Assembly: GCA_013265495.1 (NCBI GenBank)
Contig: MU058868.1
Location: 816,587 to 880,586 of the forward strand
Reading direction: 5' to 3'
Source: Vicugna vicugna
Taxonomy: Eukaryota
Length of the DNA stretch: 64,000 bases
Below the pieces are notes generated by a model, which worked only from the letters and a program-made list of their open reading frames with translations, did no database searches and was not told the DNA's origin. Position 1 is the first letter of the stretch, and each line of letters starts with the position of its first letter. Shown here one piece after another: positions 21,765 to 34,480 of this stretch. Made by a program: the position numbers and the translations under genes.

Positions 21765-22048
21765 AAGAAAGGGCTCCTGAGTGGGGCAGGGTGGCTGCCT
21801 TGGGTGCTGGCAGGTGGACGGGCGGGCGCGACACTGGCCCGGGCTGCTGTCTGCCCACTGGGTCTTCGTCTGTCCACTCGTAGGGGCCGGACCGGACCTG
21901 CCTGAGAGCCTGTTCTGGCAGGCGCCACTCAGTGGGCAAAATCTGGGAGGGGTCTTGGGAGGGAAGGTGGGGGTCCTGGGCAGAGGGCAGAGTGTCAGAG
22001 AGCCAGAGGGCTAGGGCAGTGCTGGGGTTAAAGCGAGCTGGAAGGGTC

Positions 22049-22062
22049 CCACCAGGGGGCAC
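22049..22062 (+). promoter_or_regulatory. CTCF core motif
   Basis: CCACCAGGGGGCAC matches the CTCF consensus CCACCAGGGGGCGC with an allowed A; occupancy is not known. Confidence 0.6.
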
Positions 22063-22389
22063 CCTTTCCCAGGTGTGCCCAGCCTGGTGGGTGACCCCCC
22101 CCACCAACCGGGCGGCAGGGCCACGAGCCACAGGCAGTGCCTCGGGGGAACCACACTGTCTTGTCGCGCGGCCTGTGGGGACACGGCAGCGAAGGGGCCC
22201 CAGGGCTTCCATCGGGGTGACCTCAGGCCTGCCCTGCCCTCTGCCCTGCCCAGAGCTGTCTGCTCTCAGCTCCCAGGGCCCACGCCAGGAGACAGATCCA
22301 GGAGGCAGCAGACCCCCGCCAGCACCAAGCCCGACGCCCCGTCAGTCATGAGGAGCGGGACCCCCTGAGACTCGAAGACAGCGCCACAC

Positions 22390-22500
22390 GCTGGGTCATT
22401 CATTCATTCACACGACAGACGTATGCTGAGCACCCCGTCTGTTCCAAGCTTTGTTCTAGGCCCTGGGGTCAGCCGGGGACAGACCCGTCCAGTCCCTGCC
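22390..22500 (-). mobile_element. L2 fragment
   Basis: tcattcattcattcac...tgctgagcacc...tgttctaggccctgggg. Confidence 0.65.
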
Positions 22501-25500
22501 CTGCTGGAGCCAACTCTCTGGCTAGGGTGGGGTGGGGGGAGCGGAGACTGAAGGGATAAACAAGCCAACACAGAACATGTCGAGAGGTGACAGTGCCACA
22601 GGGGAGGGGCGGAGAGCAGGGAGGAAAGGGTGCGGTGCCTCTTGTGGGGCTCCAACCAGGAAGGTGCAGCGCTTCTCCACTGCGCCCCCTGCCCCAGGCC
22701 CTGCAGGCCATGGAGGCGCGCCCGCGGCTGTCACGCTTCTTCGGCGGGGCACTCACACCACAGGAGCTGGCTGGGCAAGAGCTCCAGGGTCTCTGACGCA
22801 TTGGAGGCCAGAACAGCAGGCAGCATAGGGGAGGGGACAGGGTCAGGGGACACTGACCCAGAGAGGGGGCTGGCCCCAAGCCCCAGCAAGGCCTGAAAAC
22901 AGGGTGCAGGCTCCCCTAGCCCCAAATGACCCAGCCGCTCCCCAGTGGGCAGGTGGTGGGGAGGGTCAGCCCTGGGAGGCCAGCGGTTCGACTGGCCCGG
23001 CTCTGTCTGTGCTCTGGAAACACGCGCGGGACCCTCTCCCTCTCTGTGCCGCCCAGCTGTCAGGAGCCAGCGACCCTCAGGCTCCTTTGGGCCTGGAAGG
23101 CAGCCTCCCACCGGGGTCCAGCTGCCCCCCACCCCCATGGGCTGAGGCTGCAGGGTGAGTCCTCTCGCACCAAGGGAAGGGGCACATCTTGCACAAGCAC
23201 CATGCTGGGGAGGCAGCAGGGAATCAGAAACACATGGCCAGGGCGGCCCAGCATCATGTCCCCACGCCCTGCGTCCAGCCCTCGGGCGGCTCACACACGG
23301 AGCTGAGCCGGGGCGGGACCTAGATGGCAGGGCTCCTCTGAGCCTTCCTGTCGCACCAGGGGCCCGCTGTTTGCTCTCAGTCCCTCAGTCACACAGCCCT
23401 GCTCACTCTCTACATCCACCTGGAGGCTCACACCTCATTGCCCGGGCACTGGGCTCTCAGAGCTGGGTGTCAGGGCTACTCACCCGCAAGGCGCCCCTCC
23501 CGCCCCCAGAGCCTGGCATCTGGAGAACCTGGATCTCCAGGTTTCAAAAAAAGAGACAAAGACCGCCCCATCCCCTCAGCCACCGTGAGTCCAGCTCCTC
23601 CGGAGCAGCGGCAGTCACCAACTTTACTGCACGCCCCCAAAGGCACGCTGCAGGGTTCCGTTCACACGGAGGCTGCCGAGCCCCTGAGAAGCAAAGGGAG
23701 AGAAACAGGTCAGCTGCCTACAGAGCAGTGGGCTCAGTGCCAGGCTGTGGCCACCCCACGCCAAAAGGCCCAGGCCTTGGGACCAGGCTCACCCCTCATC
23801 CCCGTAGGGGGCCCCATGTGGGCCAGCCTGGCGGCCAGGGGCTTTCTGGAGGAGTGGGCATTGCCAGGCAGGGGCCTCTCTTCTAAAGGAGACTTCAGAC
23901 GTGGTTGGTGTCTGAAGTCCCGCCTCTCGGCCACCGAGGTCGCTGTGTCCCCTGGGGAGGCCGCACCCAGGCGCAGGGCCAGGTGGGTGTGCCAGCACCG
24001 CACCCGCCCCAACGTGCCCACTGTGCTGCTTCCTCCGGGCGCGCTCCCCACACCAGGTGCTGGCTCACCCGCCAGGAGCGTGATCTCATCTCACCCCCTC
24101 AGCAGGGCAGGCCACGGCGGGACCCCACCCCACAGGCAACAAGACTTGCCCACCCGAGGTCCCACAGCCCTCTCCCCACCCTGCCCTGATCATCCACCCT
24201 CCTCTGCCTCCTGGAGAGGGTCCTGAACCTGTGTCCTCCTGTGGACGGTGACAACCAGAGCATGGCCCTGACGGAGATGCCGAGGACAGCAGGGCAGCTG
24301 GTGGGCACAGTGGGCGGGGGCACAGCATGGGCTCGGTGGCACCAGAGGACGCAGTGACGGGATGCCAGCCGCGCCAGGGGCAGGGTCGGCCAGGGGCTGG
24401 GCCTTGTCTGGTCGGATCTGAGGCCAGCCCCCCGCCTGGGCAGAGGGAGGCCGGCGAGGGCCGGCAGTAGAGGCCGTGTTGTTGCCGTGTTTCTCTCTCA
24501 CCAAGCAGGAAGTGCCAGGGGCTCTTCCCGCGGGCTGCCGGCCAGGCCTCCTCAGCGCTTCTGGGAACCCCCTCCCCACGGGCTCAGAGAGCAGGAATGT
24601 GTCCTTGCCCCGAGCCCAGGCTTGTCTGGGCCCGAGTGCCCCATCAGGCCCAGTGTGACACGCCCCTTTCCCGGCCAGGGACAGCTGAGGCTGGCTTCCT
24701 GGAAGAGGTGCCTTGGGCCTCACCAGATGCCAGGCCAGGGGGAGACCGGTGAGTCAGGACCCGGGCAGGGGCTTAGCCTGAACAGAGCAGGAGGCAGAGG
24801 TGACAGGAGCCAGGGACGTGGCAAGCCAAGGCTTGTCTCTCTATCTGTCCCCACTCTGGTGGCCAGGCTCTGGGCCCCATCCTCACATCAAAGTCCCCAG
24901 GCCACTGACCTCTCACAGGTGGTCATAAGGTCTCTCTAAACCAGCGATGGTGAAAGGAAAAAGGCCCCAGGCCAGCTGTGTCCCCTGCTCCTGCCTCCAG
25001 TCCACCCACCCAGAATCTGTGCCTGCCCCCTCGCTGAGCCCTGCTCCAAGCCTGGCCAGAGCCCCACCTGCTGGGAGCTGGGGTTCTCAGAGGAGCCCCT
25101 CCCAGAAAAGTTCACACTGCCCCCCTGTCCCCTGGTGCCCCCTGTCCCGCAGCCTGAGAAGTCACCTTCCCCACTTTCCACTCTGAGATTCTGAGAGAGT
25201 GAGGCTCAGGGAAGGTCCCACAACAGGGGACGTGGAAGAGAGGGCAGGGAGGGGAGGTCACCTGCGGGCTGGCCCCTAGGGATCCCAGTCCAGAGATGCA
25301 GCCAGCCTCAGGGAGGCCCAGTGTGGGATGAGGAAGTTCTCAGAGGGCCGATGGCAGGGATGGTGACCACTGGGCCCAGCCCGCGGGAGGTGCTGGGAGG
25401 GCGGTGGGGACACCGGGGTCAAGGCTGTGGGCTCTGGCGTCGGGCTGGGGGAGGCATGGTGGGAGCAAGACTGATGCAGTTGGCTGAGGGTCTCTGAGCC

Positions 25501-26929
25501 TCCATACGTTCGGACAAAGGGCTGGTGCTAAGCCCACACCAGGGCTGGTGTGCCACCCCAGCCCAAGCCTGGAGAGGCCACTGGTCCCAGCCGTGTCCAG
25601 CCTGCTCTCCCTGGCAATGAGCAACACGCTGCTTGCCCCAGGGCTCCTCCCAACAGTTAGAGCCTCAGGTCCTGCTGCCAGGGGTGGGCAGGGGGCACAG
25701 CCGGGCTGAGCCTGTCACATGTTCCGAGCTGAACAGGCAGCTGGAGAGAGGCCGAGCTACCCAACCTGGGGCCCGCACCATGATCCCTGGGCCAGGTTTC
25801 TGGGGGGCCCAGATTCTTGCTGCCCATCCCCTCCCTGGGAGGCTGTGCTGCTTTGGGCCCTGCGGTGACAGGAGCAGCAGCTGCTGTGAGCAGGACTCTC
25901 CTGATGTTCTCAGGGTCACCCCTATGCAGTGTCAGCTCAGGCCGGGGAGAGGAGGAAGGCAGAACCAGGGCCTGTGCTTACCTTGAGCCCCTCAGGGGAA
26001 GCTGAGCTCTCTGCAGGCTGAGGGGGAGGTAAGGAGGGCTCCCCGGAGGAGGAGGAGCCCAGCCAGCACCCACCCGACACTTGCTCCCTTGGGCTCCACC
26101 AGCAGAAGCCACCTGTTCCTGAGGCTTCATTGGGCAGCTCTTATCAGCTCCTGGACCCTTGAGCCCGTGGTCTGACAGAGGCCCCACGGCGGGGGCTGGC
26201 CTTGGTGGGCAGGCGAGCCTCTGAGGTGCCTCTCACCCCACATCTCCCTGGGCCACACCCTCCTTGGGGGCCAGAATGACCCTTTAATTTCACCGAGGGG
26301 CTGTTCGGGAGAGGGGGACCCTCGTCCTGCAATGGGTCACCAGCCAGGGAAGTTTCCCGGCGGAGGCGAGGTCTGGAGGATGAGGAAGGAGGAGGGAGAA
26401 GGTGCTCCCAGGGGAGGAGGGGCAGGACCAAGCTGGGGTCCCACTGCCCACCACTCAGCAGGAGACCCTGAGGGGAGGAGCAAGGCTCCCACCGGCAGCT
26501 GGATCATTGCCTGTGGCCTGGGAACAACCAGCACAGAAGCTGCCCCAACGTGGACAGAACGGCTCAGGACCAGGGCAGGAGGCAGGGTGGGGGGCAGTGA
26601 AGCCATGGCCCGCGGCCTCAGTGGCTCAACGGGTACTTTGAGGCAGGCCGTGGAGGCAGCCCACACGGGACAGTGACACTCCCGGGCCCAACGTCAGAGC
26701 GATCCGGTTTCAAAACCAGCCTGGATTCCTCCCCAGCCAAGGAAGGAGCATAAAAACCCAATATGTTTTAATTATATCTTTGAGGGCCACGAGCACAATC
26801 GTTTCCAGATGGGGACCCCGTTGACAGCCGCTCCGTGCTGGGCCCCAGGCTGGCGGGAGGAAGAGAGGACAGGACAGGCCCCCTCTAGGGTGACAGTGGC
26901 CCCTGTGGCACAGGGTTCACTGCCCAGTT

Positions 26930-27140
26930 CACCGCCAGTATGGGAGTGGCTGTTATTGGTCATGATTTCCATTTTACAGGTGGGGAAACTGAGGCTTGGA
27001 CCTGCTGGGCCACACAGTCTGACCCTGAGGGGTCGGTACCCTGACCTGGGGGCCCTTCCAAGCTGGGAGCTGTGGGGCTGGGCTGGCCCAGACTCCGGAG
27101 CAGGGGCCAGCAGGAGCCCAGTGTGCCAGGGATTCAGGTC
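26930..27140 (-). mobile_element. MIR
   Basis: ccattttacaggtggggaaactgaggct core. Confidence 0.7.
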
Positions 27141-28789
27141 ACTCACTGGGGCCTTGGGTTAGGAGATGGCCTGGACCACGCTGTCTGGGAAAGTCCATCT
27201 CCTCGGTCCCAGCGCTGAACAGGCCACACACCTTCAGCTCCTGCCAGGCAAGGAAGCGCCCAGCAGCCTTCTCAGCCAGGAGTGAGGACCAGGGGCTGCG
27301 TGGGGCCCGGGATGGCCGCCACCGGGCCAAAGACAGTGATGGCAGCTGGGGGCCCTGGTTCTACCTGCTCAGGAAGATCCAGCCCCTGAGGGCAGTGCAC
27401 ACACTGGGTGGGCGGCGGATGAGGAAGGTCGCTGGGCGGTCAGCTGCTGGGCTTCGGAAGTCTGCCAGCTAATAAGATTTGCCCGCTCAGCCTTCCTGGC
27501 TCTTCCGTGGAGATGGCAGCCCTTGTCCGCCTGAGACCCCTCTTTTTCTCCTGTCTGGCTGCACCACCACCCAGTTCAGCACTGCCTGAGTGGGCAAGAC
27601 AGCCAGGGGATGGGTGAGTGGTGAGGGGCCTTGAGGGGCCAAGATTTCACTTCTGCCTCTTTGTCAGCCTGGAGACCCTCACCCTCCCCTGCATCCGGCA
27701 GAGCGGGCGGGTGGGCTCTGGGGGAGTGATGGCAGTGAGGAGGGCGTGCAGATGGGTCAGCGGCAGTGGGAGAGGGTAGACAGGACCCAGGCCAGGCTGG
27801 CCCTCACCTGGCCCTGCTGATGCTGGCCTGGGCTAGGGGGCAACCAGCTCATCCAATCAGAGGAGTCAGTGCCTCAGGCTACCCCTGGCCCTGCCACCGC
27901 CGCGCCACAATGACCGGCCTGTAAAACAGGCACAGGCCAGAGGGCCCATCCCTGGGCGTCCAGGCGGACATGGAGGGCTTGCTCTGTCCTGGGCAGGTGC
28001 CTGTGCCTCTCCTGGCCCTGCCCCTGGGGGAGGCTCCACCATTACCCCTACCTTCTGCCACAGCCAGTGCCCCTAGAGGTGACCCGGCCTGGCCTGACTC
28101 CCCACCAGCCCCCTCAAAGGAGCGGAACACACACTTGGCCCGGGCCAGGCTGCCACAGCCCAGGGACGAGGCTGGGGACACAGAAAGGTCAGTTGAGGCT
28201 GCCCCAGGCGATGGTGCCCCGCCTGCTCGGCGACCCAGGGGTAGCCTGAGGCTGGCAGGGTTGAGGTGGGGACCTGGCCTAGCCCTGGGCAAGGCACCCC
28301 GGCTGGCAATGCCCCTGGGCTGTGAGCCTGCCGCCAGGCGCTGGGGCACCCGCAGCAGACGTGACATCATCCTTCGGCCTCACGCCTGCTGTGAGCGGGA
28401 GTGATGGGGGCCCACTGAGGCAAGTGTGGGCTCTCGTCCCCGCTGGGCCCCCCAGGCTGATGGCTCACCCCTCCCACCTGCCGATGGCCCAGCTCTGCTC
28501 CAGGCTGGGGAGGCAGAGGGATGCCCCGCTGGGGCCAGGACTCCCTAGGCTGGACCCTCCAGCTGACCCTGGTGGACTCTGGACTCCTGCCAGTTCCCCC
28601 GGGGCCCCCACACTGCTTGTGCCAACAGCCGTCTCCCAGCCAAGGCCTGCCTGGCCCAGGCAGGTGCCGCAGGCCACACTCTCCAAACAGGCCAAGCCTG
28701 CCCTCCCCTGGGACTCTCACCACCTCCCTGACAGCTCAGAAAACCGCTGGGCGCAGCTCCAGGATCTGGGAGACAGGCTTCCGTTTCCA

Positions 28790-29010
28790 TTCCTGTCCTC
28801 CACAGACTCACCCCTCCACCCTCCGCCCGCCCACCACCCTCCCTGCGAGCCCACCCACCATCCCCACTTACTCACCCCGCAGCATGCGCCCAGCCATCTC
28901 TACCCGACTTAGCCATCCAGAGACCTCGCGACTCACTGAGCACCCACGTCCACTCCTCTGGTCACCACTCCATCACTCTGCACCCTCCCACCCCGCCACG
29001 GACCGGTCAC
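28790..29010. repeat. Degenerate (CCAC/CCAT)n C-rich low-complexity tract
   Basis: Many ccaccc/ccatcc units; G-poor on the + strand. Confidence 0.7.
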
Positions 29011-32000
29011 AAGGATTCCCTGTTCCCTCTGTCCCCTTGACAAACACTGGCTGACGGTGCATGTGGGACCAGGCTCGGCTGGGGCCAGGCTGCCCTGGCA
29101 GGGAGGAGGGCAGGCGCTTCTGCAGGCCGAAGGCAGGTGCCAGGTGAGAGTGGGGGCCGGTGGCAGGGAGCCTAGGTCAGAAGACATGAGGGGGAAGCGG
29201 TGAGAGACAGCCCAGGACAGACCTGCTGAGTGCCTGCTGTATACTGGGGGAGTCCAAGACCCAGAGGAAGACTCCAAGGGCTCACCTTGGGACATCTGGG
29301 CCTGGGCTGAGGGAAGGGGATAGTGTCCCCCTCTGTTGAGGGGCGCTGAGGCAGCTCTGTTGAGGACCCCTGCAGCCTGGGCCTGCCTTCAGCCCATGGG
29401 CCGAGGGACTGCGAAGAGGGCCCCCGCTGGAACGGGGGGTGGATGGCACAGACCCCCGCCCCACCCAGCACGGCAGCTGGGTTCTGGGAAGGCCCAGCCG
29501 GGACAGGCCTGAGCAGGAGAGATGGAGGCAGGCCGGGCTAACCGCCCCAGAGCCTCCAAACCCCTCCCATCCCGCTCCACCCACCCGCCCCAGCCCAGGA
29601 GGAGGACTGACATCTCCACACCCTCCCCCCACCCCCTCTCCCCATGCCGCTGACCTGCTGGCCTCAGGCCTTCCTCCTGCTCGGCCATCACTGCCTGGCT
29701 GGAGGCAGGTCCCCTTCAGCCCCGAGCCGGAGCCCATTCATGCCGGGCAGTGAGGGAGAAATTCAATTTGAAGGCATCCCCCCAAAGTGGATTTCAAGGG
29801 CACTGGTTCAGGAAAGTTCCCTCCCCTCGAGGGTCAGCCCCTGCAGTCTGGGGCCTCCCAGGCTCTGGCACAGGGTAGTGGGACCAGCTAAGGGAGGCTC
29901 CAAGGGCTAGGAGAGGCCACGCTGGCCAGGACAGTCTGCCCACTGGGCACAATCAGCATCTGGGCCAGCCCGGGCCCTCCCCCGCTGGGGGTCCGTGGGC
30001 AGTGGGAGATGGCTGCAGTGCTGAGGCCTGAGAAAGAAGGGCCTATCCAGGCCAGTACGGGGGCTCCCGGTGCGCCCCCACAACGACGTCTCAGCTGGGT
30101 TCGGCCCCAGGGCCGTACCCAGTCGGGATGCCACTCCGCCCCCTTCCCCAGAGATAACGTGTGACTGAGGCACAGATAAACCTCCCCCGCCCAAGGCCCT
30201 GATTAAGGCCAAATCCCAGGAAGTTCCCGCCCCATCCTGAAACCCCATCTGAAGCCTGGCTCAGCCTGGGCAGTGGTCCCACCCATCCGGGCAGGCCTGG
30301 CCCGGGAGGCCACCATCACTGGCATGTCCCAGCTGCCCCTCCCAGAGGCCTGGCCCTCCCCGCCCAGGGGATGTCATGTCCACTTCGGGGGAGAGATAGG
30401 TGAGGGGCCCAGGAGCTGACCCTGCCTCCACGGGCCTCCCCACTCAGGCTTTGCTCTAAAACAAGTGAAAGCCCCTCTGGGGGCACTTGCTTTTTGCAGA
30501 CCAAAGAGGAAATCCAGGTCCTGCTATGGCTGGTCCAGGGCCCCCACAAATGCCCAGTGGCGCTAGCAGGGTCCCCCGGTGAGGAGTCGGTGGTTTCTTG
30601 TGTCCCCAGACACTCCCTTCTCAGCGCTTGTACCCACCCAGAGTCCCGACCAGGCTGGACTCTTCCTTCTCAGTGGGAGGGGGATTATGCAGGGAGGTCC
30701 CATGTGGCCCTGTAGGCAGACACTGGAGGGCCCCCAGCTCCTGGTGGGCGGGGCAGGCAGAGACCAGCCCACCCGGGAGGCCCCCAGGAGGAAGGGGAGG
30801 CCCCTGGGGAGTGAGGGTGGAGACAGTCAATGGGAACAGCAGGAAAGGTGGTTGGGGGCCATGGGGACCTCTCCACTTCCTTCCCTTGAGCAAGTGACCC
30901 TACCACCCACCCTGGCCAGCACCCCCAGCCCAGATCAGAGCTCAGGGTGGAAAAAATCTGGGGGGCATCAGGGTGTGGGCCTGGGAGCCAGTCGGATCCC
31001 AGGATACGTGGGGACAGCACAGCCCTGGAGCTGGGGCCTTCAGGAGCCCATGGAACAAATGGGGACACTGAGGCCAAGGGGCCTTGACTGTGGTCACCGG
31101 CAGGTCAGCAGCAGAGCTGGGAAGATGTCACGAGCACCTGGGCAGTAGAGGCCATGCAGCAGGGTTGGGTAGGGTGCTTCGAGTCTAATCAGGAAGCAGG
31201 GGGTGGTCAGGTTGCAGCGGCCACAGGGTGTGGCTGGGGTGGCCGTCAGTTGACAGGGGGGCATGCGTGGAGCCAACGGGTAGATGACTTAATCACAGGC
31301 TGGCTTTGTCCCGGGGCGCCTGTCCCACGCCCGGATCCTCCACCGGCCGCACACCCCAACCCCCACCCCCACCCAGCTCCTAGCAACCTGCAGCGGAGCG
31401 TGGGCAAATGTGAGGGCTGGGGGCTCTGCCACGGGCCTGGGAACAGCCCAGGGGTGGCCGGGGTGCGGCCGGGTGGATCCGTCCCAGGCCAGGCTTGGGA
31501 GAACGTCTGCCCAGCCTGGCCCGTGCCAGCCTCCCAAGGAGGGCATCCTGGGAGTGGCTCCAGCCTGGCATCTTGGCAGAGGAGGCACCAGAGCCGGGGG
31601 CTTTGTGTACCGTGGCCCCCTCTCTTCCCGGGCCCCCACCCGGCCAATCCTGTCAGAGCCTTAGAAAGTGAGACAAAGGCCTGGGAGGCCCCAGGAGGGC
31701 TGGGACACAGGCAGGAGATGGGGTTTTAATGACCCAACTACAACAGTGGGAGTGGAGGCCGCTCCTTAACCCTGTCGGGCCCTGGCCTGGGACTGCCCAC
31801 GCCAGCCAGGCCCCCGTCACCAACCCTGTGAGACTGGGAACAAATGAAAGTCTCCAAGAGACCCAGGTCCCTGACGCCCCCCGCCTGGGCAGCCTGTGCC
31901 CCAGGCTCCTGCCAGAGGCCCTGGGTGAGATGGAGGCCCTCCGGACATCACCGGACACACGCTGGCAACACCCACTCATCCCGTGCTTTCAGCCTTCCTG

Positions 32001-33949
32001 CTGCCTGACACCCACAGGGGTGTCACCTGCAGCGTGGGAGCTACCATCCTCCCCACAGGAAGCCCCCACCGCGCCGGCTGGCCGGGCCCCTGCCATCCCT
32101 CCGCAACGCCCTCACAAAGCTCCTCCCCACACAGGCCCCTTGGGGGCCAGAGCTGTGGCAGGTCGAGATGCCAGCTCCCTGCTCGTTCCACACCATTCGA
32201 AGGCCTCGCTGCCCCTCCTGCCTCAGTCTCCCCACCTCCAAGATGGGTGCATGGGCGAGGCGGAGGCCAGTGTAAGTGGCTGTCTCCGAGGCTCCTTGGG
32301 GGGTGAGGAGGTGGGACGTCCTGAGCGGAAAGGGTCCTGGAGACACCTTGATAACCCAACTCCTGCTGAGTCGTTTCCCCCCCAGGCCCCCCAGGTTCCC
32401 AGAGGCACCACCCGTTCCCCCATCCACCCTGCTGCCCCCACTCACTGCTTCTCACCTCCTGCCTCGAGGTGTGTAAGTGGGCCTGGGCCTACCACCTGCT
32501 GTGACCTTGGACTTACCGTGTGACCTTGACAAGCCCCTGGGTGCCCTGAGCCTTACTTTTCGGGACAGAAACTTTCTAGAAGTTTCTAATCTGAGCCACA
32601 CAGGATAACCCAGAGAGCACCAACGGTGGGAGCTGGGAGCGAGCAGCTTCTCCAGGAGGTGGGCAGGTCAGGACCCTTCCCAGGGCAGAGGAACAGTGGG
32701 AAGGGGCACCCTTGGGAGCACTGAGCCCCCCAGCACTGCTCCCAGCAGCCTGCTGCAGGGGGACCAGGCAAGGAGATGCAGCCCAGACAGGGCACGTCGC
32801 TACCCCCAGGTGCTAGGTCCCTGCAGAGGAGGACCTGTGTCCTCAGCCTGAGACCACCCCCGCTGCGGCCCTCCACATCCTGCACTGGGCTGGGCTGGGG
32901 TCCTGAAATCAGACTCCAGGAAGTGGGGTTGATGTGATTCCAGCTCCTGCTGTTGGCCTGACTCCTCGAGGTGGGGTCAGGGTTGGGGGCCCAGCCAGAG
33001 CAGACTGGGCAGCAGGTAGAGGTCAGGCTTCTCTGCAGGGCCACCTCTGCTGTTGAATTCCCAGCCCGGTGGAGAGCCAGGCACTCAGCAGAGGAGTATG
33101 GCCCACCCACATCTCCCTAGGACTGACTCCTCCACTGAACAGATACCGGGGGCCAGGTAGACACAGGGAGACTGCTGAAGGGCACCCATGATGGCCCAGG
33201 GAAGTGTGGACGAGGCCAGCCAGAGGGGATGCCAAAGTCTGGCAGGGTACCCTAGTGGTTAGAGGGTGAGCCAACTCAAAGAGGACCCCAAGGTCGGGCC
33301 TGAGATCTGGGTCAGTTTCAGAGCTGCCAGTAGGTGTTGGGGCCAGGAGCTGGGTGTGACCCTGTCAAGTTCAGGGTGCCCAATCAAGACGCCCATTAGC
33401 TGTGTTTAGGTGTAGACAACTAGTAGGGGTCACTCTGTGACCCACGTGTGTGTCCGTGTGTCCCTCTGTGCTTGTGCCGGGGGCTCTGACCTAGAGCAGG
33501 GCCTAGGCCCCCAAATGCCACCAGGGTGGGTTTGCCTGTCGGATGTGTCCACGGGTCATGGGCAGCAGCCCCTCCAAGAGAACTGGTCACGGTTCCAGTC
33601 CTCCAAGGGAGCCCCCTGAGTTCTGCCCACTACAGCATGCTGCATCCTTGGGGTCCTGAGGCTCAGCCTGTCTCAAGGGCCTCCCAGTCCCTCTGGGAGG
33701 AAGTCTAGCCCTGTATAGGCACCCGCACCCTTTCCTCCTTGGGGTGGGGGTCCTGGGCTGGGTGGTGGGCTCCGCGCACACACTGGCCATTCAGTGAACA
33801 CCTCATGAATGAAGCTATTTCTTGGCCTCAGCGAAGCGGGCCCTGAACCTCGGAGCTTCCAAACAGGACGGTATTCTTGGGACGTGACTGAATCCCTCTC
33901 CTCCAGGCAGTGTGAATTCCCGGGAGGAAGCTTGAATCGGGCTGCACAG

Positions 33950-34480
33950 AAGAGAAGCCACAGGGCCCTCACGGTGGCGGCTCAGGCTTGCGCCCCCGTG
34001 GAACCGGCCGGCCGAGGGGGTCTCGCTGTGGCGGCGGGGACCGGGGGCCTGCCAAGGCACAGACAGCCAGTTTGTTTTCACCCGCGGGGTTCCGCAGGGT
34101 TTCCAAATGGCTTAATAGGGAACGTGGCCTGGGCGGGCGCGCGGCGGCCGGGCGCGAGTGGCGCCTGTGAGCGCCGAGGAAGGCCGGCCTCTGGGCGGCG
34201 GGGGGCCGGGATAAATGGCCCCAGTCATGCCGCGGGCTGGCCCAGCGCGGGTGCGCTAAGTTGAAGCTATAAATTACCCGGCCTGGCCAGCGCCACCGCA
34301 GCGCGGGCGGGGCGGGAGGGGGCGCGGCGCTCAGTAAATCGGCCCTTTCACCACTGGAGGCCGTGCACGAAAGAAAAACTTTGTTTTATTAAAGCAACAT
34401 CAGGGTTGTGGCCGCCCGGCCGGGAGGCGCCGACAGCAGGGCTGGGCACTGGGCGGGGAGGGGGGCGCTCTGCCACACCC
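33950..34480. promoter_or_regulatory. Orphan CpG island, candidate enhancer or promoter
   Basis: CpG-dense, contains TATAAAT at 34268 and several TTTAY-type motifs; no coding exon nearby. Confidence 0.65.
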
